From: Azoarcus sp.
GTDB taxonomy: Bacteria > Pseudomonadota > Gammaproteobacteria > Burkholderiales > Rhodocyclaceae
Length of the DNA: 43,919 nt
Reading direction: 5' to 3'
Assembly (NCBI GenBank): GCA_031282905.1
Contig: JAITCV010000049.1
Coordinates: 1-43,919, forward strand
In this document: piece by piece, positions 1-9,425 of the stretch
Position numbering within the stretch: position 1 is the stretch's first letter
Layout: each line of letters opens with the position of its first letter
Position numbers and translations under genes: made by a program
Notes under the pieces: model-generated
What the model saw: the letters and a program-made list of their open reading frames with translations, nothing else
Told to the model about the DNA's origin: nothing
The model's database searches: none

Positions 1-189
1 CTGATGCGCGAAATCGACACTGAATTTTCCGGCACGACGCTCTTCAGTCTGCCAACCTTGCCCGAGGCCGGGCAAGGGCATCGGCTGGAACTGGGGATGA
101 AAGGCCCGGCGGCTCGCGTGGCGGCGGCAATGGCGCGGCTCAAGACCGGAGTCGAAACACAGGGATTCACATGGGAAGACAAATCCTGA
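1..189 (+). CDS. 3' end of a CinA-like / molybdopterin-binding domain protein (partial, truncated by window start)
   Basis: C-terminal FSLP...HRLELGMKG...AAAMARLK resembles the end of betaproteobacterial competence/damage-inducible CinA-like proteins; the stop overlaps the next gene. Confidence 0.5.
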   Translation: MMREIDTEFSGTTLFSLPTLPEAGQGHRLELGMKGPAARVAAAMARLKTGVETQGFTWEDKS

Positions 190-947
190 GCGCGGCGCGC
201 GTGACCGAACGGGTACGGACGATCGACATCGACGGCCAACATCTGAGCCTGACCGTGCGTTGTTCGGCACGTCGTCGCAGCTTGGCGCTGACGATAGACC
301 ACCGCGGGGTGCGTCTGGCCGTGCCGCATGGCACCCCGGAGACGATGATCATGCGCTTCATTCATGATCATCGCATCTGGCTGCGGGAGCGCTTGGCGCA
401 ATGGTGCCAGCCCGTGCCCTTGGTGTTGACCGACGGAGCGACATTCCCCCTGTTGGGCGCGCCCGCCCGGCTGCGACTGGATCGTGACGCGCGGCGCGCG
501 GCATGGCGGCACGTCGATGGGACAGAGGAACTCTGCATGCCCGCGAGCGCGGCGGTTGGCGCAACGATCGTTCGCGCGCTCAAACTCCGTGCGTTGGCAT
601 GGTTTGGTGATCGGGTCGAGGAATATTGCCAGCATCTTGCCATTGCCGCGCCCACCGTGCGTTTGACTTCGGCCCGCAGTCGTTGGGGGTCATGCAGCCG
701 TATAAGCGGCATCCGCCTGCACTGGCGGCTGATTCACCTGCCCGCGCCGCTGATAGATTACGTGGTTGCCCATGAAGTTGCCCATCTCGTCGAGATGAAC
801 CACTCACCACGTTTCTGGAAGATAGTCGGGCAACTGTATCCCGACTGGCAATCCGCGCGCCGCCGCCTGCGCGAAATGGCGGCCACCTTGCCCGCGATCG
901 ATGACCAGGATATTCCCCTTCATTTTTCCGACAATCAGGAGGATTGA
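171..947 (+). CDS. M48/YgjP (DUF45, SprT-like) zinc metallohydrolase
   Basis: RWGSCS...[29 protein letters not shown] motif (HExxH). Confidence 0.9.
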   Translation: MGRQILSAARVTERVRTIDIDGQHLSLTVRCSARRRSLALTIDHRGVRLAVPHGTPETMIMRFIHDHRIWLRERLAQWCQPVPLVLTDGATFPLLGAPARLRLDRDARRAAWRHVDGTEELCMPASAAVGATIVRALKLRALAWFGDRVEEYCQHLAIAAPTVRLTSARSRWGSCSRISGIRLHWRLIHLPAPLIDYVVAHEVAHLVEMNHSPRFWKIVGQLYPDWQSARRRLREMAATLPAIDDQDIPLHFSDNQED

Positions 948-951
948 AACG

Positions 952-1365
952 ATGAGACTGCTCCACACCATGTTGCGAGTCGGCGATCTCGAACGCGCGA
1001 TTGCCTTTTATACCGAGGTACTCGGTATGCGTTTGCTGCGGCGGCAGGATTACCCGGATGGGAGATTTACCCTTGCCTTTGTCGGTTATCAGGAGGAAAG
1101 CGAAGGCGCGGTGCTGGAATTGACCTACAACTGGGGCGTCGATCACTACGAAGTGGGCACGGCTTATGGCCACATCGCCATCGAAGTCGACAACGCTGAA
1201 AAAGCCTGTGACGCCATTCGCGCCAGGGGAGGGAAAGTGGTACGCGAAGCGGGGCCGATGAAGCATGGCAAGGTCGTGATTGCTTTTGTCGAAGATCCAG
1301 ACGGCTACAAGGTCGAATTGATACAAACGAACTCAGAGGGGGATCAAAGCAGATCAACAAGCTGA
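952..1365 (+). CDS. gloA: lactoylglutathione lyase (glyoxalase I)
   Basis: [21 protein letters not shown]...ELTYNWG...YGHIAI...[13 protein letters not shown]; AGGAGG RBS before ATG 952. Confidence 0.97.
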   Translation: MRLLHTMLRVGDLERAIAFYTEVLGMRLLRRQDYPDGRFTLAFVGYQEESEGAVLELTYNWGVDHYEVGTAYGHIAIEVDNAEKACDAIRARGGKVVREAGPMKHGKVVIAFVEDPDGYKVELIQTNSEGDQSRSTS

Positions 1366-1414
1366 TGCGTGCATTCTTGCCGGCATGGCACGCGCACCCC
1401 ACGGGCGATCATGC

Positions 1415-1463
1415 CGAGGGCGAGACGCCCTCGCTCCCAGGCGGGCATGCCTCGCCCCCTACA
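1415..1463. repeat. composite REP-like palindromes (GGAG-type hairpin fused to a GTAG-type half element)
   Basis: CGAGGGCG-AGA-CGCCCTCG-CTCCCAG followed by GCATGCCTCGCCCCCTACA (reverse complement TGTAGGGGGCGAGGCATGC). Confidence 0.6.
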
Positions 1464-1474
1464 ATTGGAGGAAG

Positions 1475-1876
1475 ATGATGAAATATCCGATTGCCATTGA
1501 ACCGGGTGACGCCATCCATGCGTGGAGCGTGGTCGTGCCCGATCTTCCGGGCTGCTTTTCGGCGGCGGACGACAGTATCGACGAAGCCATTGAAAACGCC
1601 CGCGAAGCCATCGAGGCATGGATCGAGGCGACGCTCGACGATGGCGGCACGATTCCAGCGCCTTCTTCTGTTTGCGCGCATCGTGAAAACCCTGAATTCG
1701 CGGGCTGGATATGGGCGATTGTGGAGGTCGATCCGGCGATACTGGATGACAGGGCGGAGCGGGTCAATATCACCCTGCCGCGCCGGGTTTTGCGCCGCCT
1801 GGATGAACGCGCCCACGCCGCGGGTCAAAGCCGTTCCGGGTTCATCGCCCACCTTGCCATTGGCAAGACGCCTTGA
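1475..1876 (+). CDS. hicB: HicB family antitoxin (RNase H-like N domain plus RHH DNA-binding domain)
   Basis: MKYPIAIEPG....WSVVVPDLPGCFSAAD..IDEAIENAREAI...RVNITLPRRVLRRLD......SRSGFIA; GGAGG RBS. Confidence 0.9.
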   Translation: MMKYPIAIEPGDAIHAWSVVVPDLPGCFSAADDSIDEAIENAREAIEAWIEATLDDGGTIPAPSSVCAHRENPEFAGWIWAIVEVDPAILDDRAERVNITLPRRVLRRLDERAHAAGQSRSGFIAHLAIGKTP

Positions 1877-1916
1877 AATTTCCAACGGGCCGGGCTGAGC
1901 AAGAACTCGACTTTTG

Positions 1917-2354
1917 TCATTGTTTTCTCGTCTCCCACTCTATCTTGGATACATTGGGGATGGTGGGGACCAGTTCCCGCAGATGTCGTTCCAGTTTCAG
2001 GATCGTTGGCGTGGCGTCGACGCGCTTGAAAAGGCGATCCAGGATGGGGACTTCCGCGGCGATGAATACGCCCCATTCGACCAGGCCGTTGTCGGAGAAA
2101 ACGTCTCCAATGTTGGCGCAGCCCAGGAAGAGACGGAAGAGGAAAAAATCTTTGCGGATATTGAAGACGGCGACCAGCCAGCCCCAGTCCTCGGCGCAGA
2201 TGACTTCGGCGCCGATATTGCGTTTGCCGAGCTTGTCGACCAGCCAGTTCGATAATGCGAGGCCGTATATTTCATTGATGGACTGTTCTTTTTCTCCAGG
2301 CAGCGGTTTGAAGAAGTCGGTGCTGAAGGTGACCATGGGCGAATAGGCAGGCAT
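1917..2354 (-). CDS. hypothetical protein
   Basis: Clean 145-aa ORF with protein-like motifs (FKPLPGE, YGLALSNWL, EDWGW) and a GGAG RBS upstream; fills the intergenic space. Confidence 0.7.
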   Translation of the reverse strand: MPAYSPMVTFSTDFFKPLPGEKEQSINEIYGLALSNWLVDKLGKRNIGAEVICAEDWGWLVAVFNIRKDFFLFRLFLGCANIGDVFSDNGLVEWGVFIAAEVPILDRLFKRVDATPTILKLERHLRELVPTIPNVSKIEWETRKQ

Positions 2355-2450
2355 TGATTGATCTCCAGAAAAGGGGTGAAATCATGGGCGGAAGACAGGA
2401 AATGCAATATTCCTTTGTTTTCGACGGATCACGCGGGGAAAACATCATGA

Positions 2451-3356
2451 TCACAACCCCCGCGCCCACGCGGGACGTAAGGGCGCCGCGGTTGGCGCGA
2501 CGATGGCCGCGCGTAGCTGGGTCAGCAGTTTATGTTTGTCCGCGGGAAGGTTGCCGCGCAGGGCAAGCCAATTGGAAGCGTGGTCGCTTCTGAATACGGT
2601 GCGTTCGAGTTCCAGCCGGGTGATGAATTCTTCCATCTCGATAAGCAATCCGGGAATGTCGAGCGGCGTCCATTCGGGGAAAGTGGCGCGGAAACGTTGT
2701 TCGCCCATGGGGAAACTCACCACCAGTATCGCCAGGTATTCGGGTTGGGTGGCGTTGGCAAGCTCGGCGGAGCGGCGGGCGTGGTTGGCGCTGTGAATGA
2801 CGCCGCCCAGGCCGTTGAGAATCATCACCGAACGCGCAATGCCCGCCGCGCCCAGTTTTTCCAGCGCATCGGCGGTGGAGGCAAAAGTTTCGCCTTTGCC
2901 CACTCGTTCCAGTACGGTGTCGTCGCCCGATTCCGCGCCGACATAAGCGAGCGCCAGACCGGCTGCGGCCAGTTCTCCCAATTCTTCCAGGCTCTTTTTC
3001 TTTACGTTGCGCGGCAGGCAATAGCTGGATACGCGGTGTACCGCGGGCAGGTGTTCGCGGATGGCGGTGAGCACCGCGAGCAGGCGCCGGGTTGGCAACA
3101 CCATGGCATCGCCATCGGCGAGGAATACCCGGCGAATATCATCGCGGCAGGGGGCCGCGCCCAATTGGCGCAGATAATCCAGCACTTCGGATTCGTCCCG
3201 CGCCTGGAAACGTTTTTGCGGGGCGGTGTACATCTCGCAGAAAGTGCAACGGTTCCATGAACAGCCGTTCGTGAGCGGCAAAATCAGCGATCGGGCCTCG
3301 CTTGGCGGGCGATAGACCGGCTCGATGTAATGAATGGAGGGAATATCCGCTACCAT
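2451..3356 (-). CDS. radical SAM protein (Fe-S oxidoreductase)
   Basis: YIEPVYRPPSEA...GCSWNRCTFCEMY (CxxxCxxC), FLADGDA, G.ESG, FRSDHASN; start trimmed to the Met at 3356. Confidence 0.9.
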   Translation of the reverse strand: MVADIPSIHYIEPVYRPPSEARSLILPLTNGCSWNRCTFCEMYTAPQKRFQARDESEVLDYLRQLGAAPCRDDIRRVFLADGDAMVLPTRRLLAVLTAIREHLPAVHRVSSYCLPRNVKKKSLEELGELAAAGLALAYVGAESGDDTVLERVGKGETFASTADALEKLGAAGIARSVMILNGLGGVIHSANHARRSAELANATQPEYLAILVVSFPMGEQRFRATFPEWTPLDIPGLLIEMEEFITRLELERTVFRSDHASNWLALRGNLPADKHKLLTQLRAAIVAPTAAPLRPAWARGL

Positions 3357-3390
3357 GACAGGAATCGTGAATATGCAGGAGGAAACAGCG

Positions 3391-3747
3391 ATGAGCGCCA
3401 ATCTACAGGAGCTGACCCAGGCTGTGCTGGATTTTCGGGATGCGCGCGACTGGGCTCGATTTCATGATCTCCGCCAACTGATGGTGTCATTATGCCTGGA
3501 GGCTGGCGAGGTGTTGGAACTTTGTCAGTGGAAAAGCGACGCGGAGGTAGACGATCTTGCCCGCGACCCCGTGGGCGGAGAACGGCTGGCCGATGAATGC
3601 GCCGATGTGTTCGCCTACCTGTTGCTGATTGCCGAGCGCGCGGGTATCGATCTCGGCAAGGCTTTGCAGCGAAAGCTGGTCAAGAACGCGGCAAAATACC
3701 CGGTGGAGAAAAGTCGCGGGAGACGGGAGAAATATTCCGAATTGTGA
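3391..3747 (+). CDS. MazG-like nucleotide pyrophosphohydrolase (dCTP pyrophosphatase-like)
   Basis: FRDARDWARFH...EAGEVLE..QW...DECADV..YLL...K...NAAKYP; AGGAGG RBS. Confidence 0.9.
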   Translation: MSANLQELTQAVLDFRDARDWARFHDLRQLMVSLCLEAGEVLELCQWKSDAEVDDLARDPVGGERLADECADVFAYLLLIAERAGIDLGKALQRKLVKNAAKYPVEKSRGRREKYSEL

Positions 3748-3860
3748 ATTTCGCCGAATTCCTCGAGATGAGCGCGCCTGGAAGCATGATAATGGCAATA
3801 GCGGCAATGGGCCGGATCCGAATGGATCTGGCGAGATGGTCAGGCATTTTCCGTTGCCGG

Positions 3861-5075
3861 TCATGCGCGCGTTTCCGCGTCTTCCAATGCTTGTGTTATG
3901 TCCCTGATCAGATCCTGCGCGTTTTCCAGGCCGACCGCGATGCGTACCAGCGCGGGGGAGATGCCGGCGCGTTCCATTTCGGCGGGATTCAATGAGGCTT
4001 CCCACATGGACGCGGCGTGGACGACCAGGGTTTCGACGCCACCCAGGCTGACCGCGTGTTTGGCCAGTTTGAGCGCGGCGACGAAATTTTTGGCGGCATC
4101 GAAGCCATGGCCGGCATCGCCGGCCAATTCGATACTCAATACGCCGCCGCCATGGTTCATTTGCCGTCGCGCCAACTCACGCTGCGGGTGGCTATCGAGT
4201 TCGGGATAATGCACGCGAGCGACCGCCGGGTGTTTTTCCAGGAATTGCGCCACGGCGAGCGCGTTTTCATTTTGCCGGGCGACGCGCATGGGCAGGGTGC
4301 GCAAGCCGCGCAGAAGCAGGAAGGCTGTAAACGGACTGACATTGGTGCCCAGGGTAATGGCGTATTCCCAGATTTTTTCCACCGCTTCCTCGCTGCCGCA
4401 GACCACGCCGGCGATGAGATCACTGTGTCCGCCGAGGTATTTGGTCGCGCTGTGCAGCACGAGGTCGATGCCGAATTCATGCGGACGCTGGTTGATCGGC
4501 GACGCGAAGGTGTTGTCCGCCAAGGTGGTGATGCCGCGGCTGCGGGCGAATTCGGCGATGGCGGACAGGTCGGTCAGGGTCAGGGTCGGGTTGGACGGCG
4601 TTTCCACCACGATCAGCCGGGTGTTTTCGCGCGTCGCCGCGATGAAAGCGGCGCTGTCGCGCTGATCGACCAAGCTGACTTCCACGCCCATGCTGGGCAA
4701 GACCTTGGTCAACAATTTGGCGGTGCCCATGTAATGCGTGCTTTGCGCGACGATATGTTCACCCGCGCGGATGGAGGCGAACAGCGTCGTGCTCATCGCT
4801 CCCATGCCGGAAGAAAAGAGCAGTGCCGATTCCTTGTTTTCCAGGCGGGCGAGCAGGCGTTCACAACGTTCCTGCGTCGGGTTGCCATAGCGTGCGTAGT
4901 AACGCGAATGGCGTGGCTGGTTCGCCATTTCGGCGAATTCGACGGATGTGCGAGCGCCATAGGTCGACGCCAGATAGATCGCGGGGGCCAGCGCCGTGTC
5001 GTCGTTGTCGCCATCCACATCGCCATGGATGACGAGGGATTGCGGGTCGAGCGGGAAGTCCTGATTATCCATCAT
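3861..5075 (-). CDS. PLP-dependent Cys/Met metabolism enzyme (cystathionine gamma-synthase / methionine gamma-lyase family)
   Basis: YARYGNPT, FSSGMGA, ETPSNP, DNTFASP, HSATKYLGGHSD (PLP lysine), VSLGGVETL, RIAVGLE. Confidence 0.92.
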   Translation of the reverse strand: MMDNQDFPLDPQSLVIHGDVDGDNDDTALAPAIYLASTYGARTSVEFAEMANQPRHSRYYARYGNPTQERCERLLARLENKESALLFSSGMGAMSTTLFASIRAGEHIVAQSTHYMGTAKLLTKVLPSMGVEVSLVDQRDSAAFIAATRENTRLIVVETPSNPTLTLTDLSAIAEFARSRGITTLADNTFASPINQRPHEFGIDLVLHSATKYLGGHSDLIAGVVCGSEEAVEKIWEYAITLGTNVSPFTAFLLLRGLRTLPMRVARQNENALAVAQFLEKHPAVARVHYPELDSHPQRELARRQMNHGGGVLSIELAGDAGHGFDAAKNFVAALKLAKHAVSLGGVETLVVHAASMWEASLNPAEMERAGISPALVRIAVGLENAQDLIRDITQALEDAETRA

Positions 5076-5269
5076 ACGTATCTTTTGTGATTTTGCGGAC
5101 AGTATCGTAAAGCATACCCTGTGAATTTCCAATGATTTTCCGCGCTGTATTTCCGCTCAATATATGAATATAAGATTCACGGTCATACCGTTGGTGAAAT
5201 CCAGAAAGAGACGGGAAACCTGGATGGATTGCTTCCTCGCCGGCATGGCGGAGCCCCCATGAGCGCATG

Positions 5270-5384
5270 ATGACCGGCATTACGTTCGCAAACGTCGCGG
5301 CGACAGGGTGGTGCCCGTGGCAGGTGGAGTGTGGAGTAGGGGGGCGCGCGGATTTCTGTAGAACGAGGCTGTTTTTGTAGAACG
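5270..5384 (+). pseudogene. possible C-terminal remnant of a tyrosine integrase with direct repeats next to the tRNA 3' end
   Basis: ATG ACC GG- CAT TAC GTT CGC AAA CGT CGC GGC GAC AGG GTG reads MT(x)HYVRKRRGDRV with a 1-nt frameshift; TGTAGAACG repeated at 5357-5365 and 5376-5384. Confidence 0.4.
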
Positions 5385-5424
5385 GAGCAATGCCGCTCAA
5401 AACCCCGAAATCCGCTGCAATCAT

Positions 5425-5500
5425 TGGTGGGGGCACAAGGGCTCGAACCTTGGACCTACTGATTAAGAGTCAGCTGCTCTACCAACTGAGCTATACCCCC
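5425..5500 (-). tRNA. tRNA-Lys (anticodon CTT)
   Basis: Reverse complement GGGGGTATAGCTCAGTTGGTAGAGCAGCTGACTCTTAATCAGTAGGTCCAAGGTTCGAGCCCTTGTGCCCCCACCA; 76 nt, cloverleaf, encoded CCA. Confidence 0.98.
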
Positions 5501-5514
5501 CGAAAGAGGGTCGC

Positions 5515-5543
5515 ACTATAAACGATGCCGCTTTGAAGAGCAA
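5515..5543 (-). promoter_or_regulatory. sigma70 promoter of tRNA-Lys
   Basis: Minus strand TTGCTC-N17-TATAGT just upstream of the tRNA. Confidence 0.7.
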
Positions 5544-5547
5544 GGCT

Positions 5548-6468
5548 TCAGTTTGCAGGCCGACGTGGATGGAAATGGACGATGGCGCGGTCATCCGGTG
5601 TGGGGCGATGGACGGTGGTTGGGGTTTTCCATGCGTGGCCTTGGATGATTTCGATGCTGGCCGGGAGCCGGTCCGCGTGGCGCAGACAGGCGTAATTTTC
5701 GCGGGCGGCGGCCCAGCCGTGGCGACCCGCGAGGCCGCGGGGGCGGTTGACGGCGGCATTGGCGGCGCCCGCCATGCGCAGGTCGGCGAGCAGGGCATCG
5801 AGATCGGGGTAGGTGAGGGTCAGCATTTCCATGTCCATCACCGGATCGGCAAAGCCGGTTTTGACCAGGGCGTCGCCGAGGTCGTGCATGTCGATGAAAC
5901 GATGGACGCGTTCGCCGTCATGGGCGGGCAGGGCGGCGCGCAACTCGCGCAGGGTGTCGGGGCCGAAAGTGGAAAACATCAGGAGACCGCCGGTTTCCAG
6001 CACGCGATGCAGTTCGGCGAACACGGTTTGTGGTTCGTCGGTGGCGGGAAGGGTGAGGTTCGACCAAGCAAGAGAGACCGATGCGGCGGGCAGGGGCAGG
6101 CGGTGGGCGTCGGCGGCGATGAGCCGCGGGGAGGGGAGGGGAGGGCGCAGGCGTTGCCACAGCGTGCGCCTGGGATGAAAACGGGCGTGGGCATGGGCGA
6201 GCATGGCGGCGGCGAAGTCGATGCCGATGCGTTCGGCGGCGGGGTAGCGTTCGCCGAGACGGACGAGATCCGCGCCGGTGGCGCAGCCGAGATCGAGGAT
6301 GCGGCGTGGGATGATCCGGATGTAGTCGAGGCGTTCGTCCATTCGCCGCGCGATTTCGCGGGGGAGGAAATCGGCCTGGTCGTAGTGTGCCGCCGCGCGT
6401 TCGCTGCGCCGACGCAGCAGCGCGCGGTCGAGGCAGAACGGGGCGGGGGGCTGCGCGCGTTCAGTCAC
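5548..6468 (-). CDS. bioC: malonyl-ACP O-methyltransferase BioC (copy 1)
   Basis: AAAHYDQADFLPREIARRM.ERL, ILDLGCATG, SNL, FSTFGPDTLREL, VHRFIDMHDLGDAL...GFADPVMD; GTG start just after the bioB stop. Confidence 0.85.
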   Translation of the reverse strand: MTERAQPPAPFCLDRALLRRRSERAAAHYDQADFLPREIARRMDERLDYIRIIPRRILDLGCATGADLVRLGERYPAAERIGIDFAAAMLAHAHARFHPRRTLWQRLRPPLPSPRLIAADAHRLPLPAASVSLAWSNLTLPATDEPQTVFAELHRVLETGGLLMFSTFGPDTLRELRAALPAHDGERVHRFIDMHDLGDALVKTGFADPVMDMEMLTLTYPDLDALLADLRMAGAANAAVNRPRGLAGRHGWAAARENYACLRHADRLPASIEIIQGHAWKTPTTVHRPTPDDRAIVHFHPRRPAN

Positions 6469-6473
6469 CGCGT

Positions 6474-7478
6474 TCAGATCGAGACCAGTCCGAGACGCTC
6501 GAACAGGCGTTCGTCGCGGCCGGCGTCGGTGTTGTCGGCCGTGAGCAGGCGCGCGCCGTAGAAGATCGAGTTGGCACCGGCCATGAAACACAGGGCTTGC
6601 AGTTCGTCGCTCATCTGTTCGCGGCCCGCGGAGAGGCGCACGTAGCTTGTTGGCATGGTGATTCGCGCCACCGCGATGCTGCGGACGAAGTCGAAGGGGT
6701 CGATTTCCGCGCCATCGGCAAGCGGGGTGCCGGGAATGGGCACCAGCTTGTTGATGGGGACGGATTCCGGCGGCGGGTCCATGTTGGCGAGCTGGGCGAT
6801 CAGCCCCGCGCGTCCGGCCTGGGATTCGCCCATGCCGATGATGCCGCCCGAACAGATGTGGATGCCGGCCTCACGGACTTTTTCGAGGGTGTCGAGACGA
6901 TCTTGCAGGGTGTGGGTGGTGATGATGTTCTTGTAATTTTCCGGCGCGGTGTCGATGTTGTGGTTGTAGTAATCGAGTCCGGCTTCGGCGAGTTTTTCCG
7001 CCTGGCCTTCGCCCAACATGCCGAGGGTGACGCAGGTTTCCATGCCGAGTTTCTTGATTTCGCGCACCATTTCGGCGACCGCGTCGAGATCCTTGTCCTT
7101 GGGGCCGCGCCAGGCCGCGCCCATGCAAAAACGCGATGAACCCTTGGCCTTGGCGGCGCGGGCGTGCTCCAGGACTTCGTCGAGCGGCATCATGCGCGCG
7201 CGGGTAAGGTTAGTGTCATGGCGTGCCGATTGCGAGCAGTAGCCGCAGTCCTCGGAGCAGCCGCCGGTCTTGATCGACAGCAGGGTCGAGCGCTGCACTT
7301 CGCCCGCCTTGAAGTGCTCGCGGTGCGTTTGCTGAGCGCGGAAGAGCAGGTCGAGAAAGGGCAGGGCAAATAGCGCCTCGACCGCGGCGACCTCCCATCG
7401 GGTATCAGGTTTTCCAGTGGCCGGGGCGGGACTGCGGTTCGCGCTTTGCGCCGTGGGCAGGTGCGATGTTGTTATCAT
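6474..7478 (-). CDS. bioB: biotin synthase
   Basis: [57 protein letters not shown]. Confidence 0.98.
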   Translation of the reverse strand: MITTSHLPTAQSANRSPAPATGKPDTRWEVAAVEALFALPFLDLLFRAQQTHREHFKAGEVQRSTLLSIKTGGCSEDCGYCSQSARHDTNLTRARMMPLDEVLEHARAAKAKGSSRFCMGAAWRGPKDKDLDAVAEMVREIKKLGMETCVTLGMLGEGQAEKLAEAGLDYYNHNIDTAPENYKNIITTHTLQDRLDTLEKVREAGIHICSGGIIGMGESQAGRAGLIAQLANMDPPPESVPINKLVPIPGTPLADGAEIDPFDFVRSIAVARITMPTSYVRLSAGREQMSDELQALCFMAGANSIFYGARLLTADNTDAGRDERLFERLGLVSI

Positions 7479-7510
7479 GAATGGTGGATGGGCGTGATAA
7501 GTAACTCGCC

Positions 7511-7539
7511 ATTTTTGTATAGCGATGGGAGGGAGTCAA
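7511..7539 (-). promoter_or_regulatory. candidate sigma70 promoter of bioB-bioC
   Basis: Minus strand TTGACT-N17-AAAAAT in the bioB/comF divergent gap. Confidence 0.45.
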
Positions 7540-7540
7540 A

Positions 7541-8236
7541 TTGCGGCATGGCAAACTGCGTGAATTGTGCGAGCGGATGTTCGATTTGCTCGCCGCGCCG
7601 AATTGCTGCCTGTGCGCTTGTCCGAGTGGCGGCGGGCCGCTGTGCGCGGCGTGCGCGGCGGCGTTGCCCCGGCATGTCCTGCCGTGCTGCCCATGTTGCG
7701 CCTTGCCTACACCGAAGGGGGAGTTGTGCGGGGCATGCCTCGCCGCGTCTCCCGCATTCGATGCGACCCGTGCGGCGTTCGAGTATGTCTTTCCGGTCGA
7801 TGCGCTGATACAGGCGTTCAAATACCGCCATCGCCTGAGTCTTGGCGTTTTTTTCACCGCTGCGCTTGCTGCCTTGCCAATGGGGGAGGTCGATCTGATC
7901 GTGCCGATGCCGCTTCATCCGCGGCGTCTGGCCAGGCGCGGGTTCAACCAGGCGGTGGAGATCGCGCGTCCGCTCGCCCGTGCCATGGGATGCGCGCTGG
8001 AATTGAGCGCGGTTGCGCGCGTGCGCGACACGCCGGCGCAGGCCAGTCTCGACCATGACGCACGGCTGACCAACCTGCGCGGCGCGTTCGCGTGCAATCG
8101 CCGTTTCGATGGCGCGAGGGTGGCGGTGGTCGATGATGTGATGACGACGGGCGCATCACTCGACGCGCTTGCCCGCTGCCTCAAGGCCAGCGGCGCGGCA
8201 TGGGTGGAGAATTGGGTGCTGGCGCGACGTTGTTAG
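7541..8236 (+). CDS. comF: ComF family protein (double Zn ribbon plus PRTase domain); start may be 7577
   Basis: CxxC repeats, VPMPLHPRRL..RGFNQA, VAVVDDVMTTGAS. Confidence 0.92.
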   Translation: MRHGKLRELCERMFDLLAAPNCCLCACPSGGGPLCAACAAALPRHVLPCCPCCALPTPKGELCGACLAASPAFDATRAAFEYVFPVDALIQAFKYRHRLSLGVFFTAALAALPMGEVDLIVPMPLHPRRLARRGFNQAVEIARPLARAMGCALELSAVARVRDTPAQASLDHDARLTNLRGAFACNRRFDGARVAVVDDVMTTGASLDALARCLKASGAAWVENWVLARRC

Positions 8237-8278
8237 TGCTCTACGCTGATTGGAACTTATGAATCCAACCAGCAAGAA

Positions 8279-8335
8279 GATGGAGCTTTCCATCAACGGC
8301 AACGACTGTAGGGGCACGGCGCGCCGTGCCCCTAC
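8279..8335 (+). repeat. about 57-bp dispersed repeat, copy A, ending in a perfect 28-bp GTAG-type REP palindrome
   Basis: GATGGAGCTTTCCATCAACGGCAACGACT followed by GTAGGGGCACGGCGCGCCGTGCCCCTAC; near-identical copy at 11832-11891. Confidence 0.9.
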
Positions 8336-8395
8336 TACGACCTGTACCAGAGTCGCATTGGCGCGGAGGATGATTTCGTCTGCGTACCAAGTCAT
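8336..8395 (-). pseudogene. 5' stub of a gene translationally coupled to DUF2310, running into the REP
   Basis: ATG overlaps the DUF2310 stop (ATGA); MTWYADEIILRANATLVQVV enters the REP palindrome after 20 codons. Confidence 0.4.
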
Positions 8396-9162
8396 GTGAG
8401 ATTCCACGCGAAGTTCGACAGCAGTCGGCATGTATCGCACTTGTAATCGAACAGGGAATGCAGCGGCGTTTCCAGACACCACGGCTGCCCGCACGATGGA
8501 CAGCGCCTTGCCTTCTCGGATTTGACGCTCCGCCCATGATCACGATAGAGATAATAGTAGAAGGGTTTGCCCGACAAATCTTCGAGCATGCGGCAGTTTT
8601 CCCGTCCCATCATCGAGAGGCTGCTGCGCGGATCGGACATCTGCCGGATCGTGGCCCGTTCAAGAACCGTGCAGTGCATCTGCAAGCTGTCACACGACTG
8701 ATAATCCGACTGCCAGCGAACTACGTCGCCATATTCGCCGCTTGGCATTGCCGGAAACTTGTAGAGTGGTACGGGCAAGAAACAATCGAGGCAACGAACT
8801 GGCGGTTCAAGCGATAAATAAGTCGTGAACAGAACATATCCGCTTGAACTGTGACATGAACAGGTTTCGGCACTGCCACGGTCTTTCGCCATTGCCGTGG
8901 ATGTAAAGCCAATGCCAAGCGCCACACCTTCCTGGATTTGGCTTGTCACATATTTCCCGTGGAATTTGGGGTCGAGAGATTCTTGTTCGGGGGCAAGAAC
9001 AATTGCCACGCAGTGGTTTTCTTCCATGTAGAGAGGGCCTCTTATCGACTCGCAGATCTGCCCGTTCCTTAGAAGCGTTCCCAAAAGACATTCAGCAAAT
9101 TCGATCGCCTTTTCCGGCGTCTGGCCGTTTTGGAAACTGAATTCGATGCGGTGCACGTACAT
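8392..9162 (-). CDS. Zn-ribbon-containing protein (DUF2310-like)
   Basis: LLRNGQI, multiple CxxC (CLDC, CPSCG..W, FDYKCDTCRLLSN), WQSDYQSCDSLQM, P.YYYLYR; lower GC than the flanks. Confidence 0.8.
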   Translation of the reverse strand: MYVHRIEFSFQNGQTPEKAIEFAECLLGTLLRNGQICESIRGPLYMEENHCVAIVLAPEQESLDPKFHGKYVTSQIQEGVALGIGFTSTAMAKDRGSAETCSCHSSSGYVLFTTYLSLEPPVRCLDCFLPVPLYKFPAMPSGEYGDVVRWQSDYQSCDSLQMHCTVLERATIRQMSDPRSSLSMMGRENCRMLEDLSGKPFYYYLYRDHGRSVKSEKARRCPSCGQPWCLETPLHSLFDYKCDTCRLLSNFAWNLT

Positions 9163-9425
9163 GAAAATCACCTGTTGTTCGAGGTTGGAGGTTTCCTGGA
9201 ATGTATCGCCGATGGTAGTCCTCGGCTGTTTTCCGGACATCCGGATCGGCGCTCGACCATCCAGGCAGGACGAAGCGTCGAAGCAACTCGGGGCCACATA
9301 CTATGTGGAAACCTTGCAAGCTTGCCAGGCAAAGGATGAGGTTGGTGAAGAATCATGGGCCGACGGCGCAATGCAGCGGGGTCAGTACAGCTCGTGCGTA
9401 GTACGCATCCAAAAGACGCACCCAA

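Noticed and set aside
3391-3747. MazG-like gene as an anti-phage defence component
   Set aside because: No nuclease, sensor or helicase partner is adjacent; a housecleaning role is simpler.
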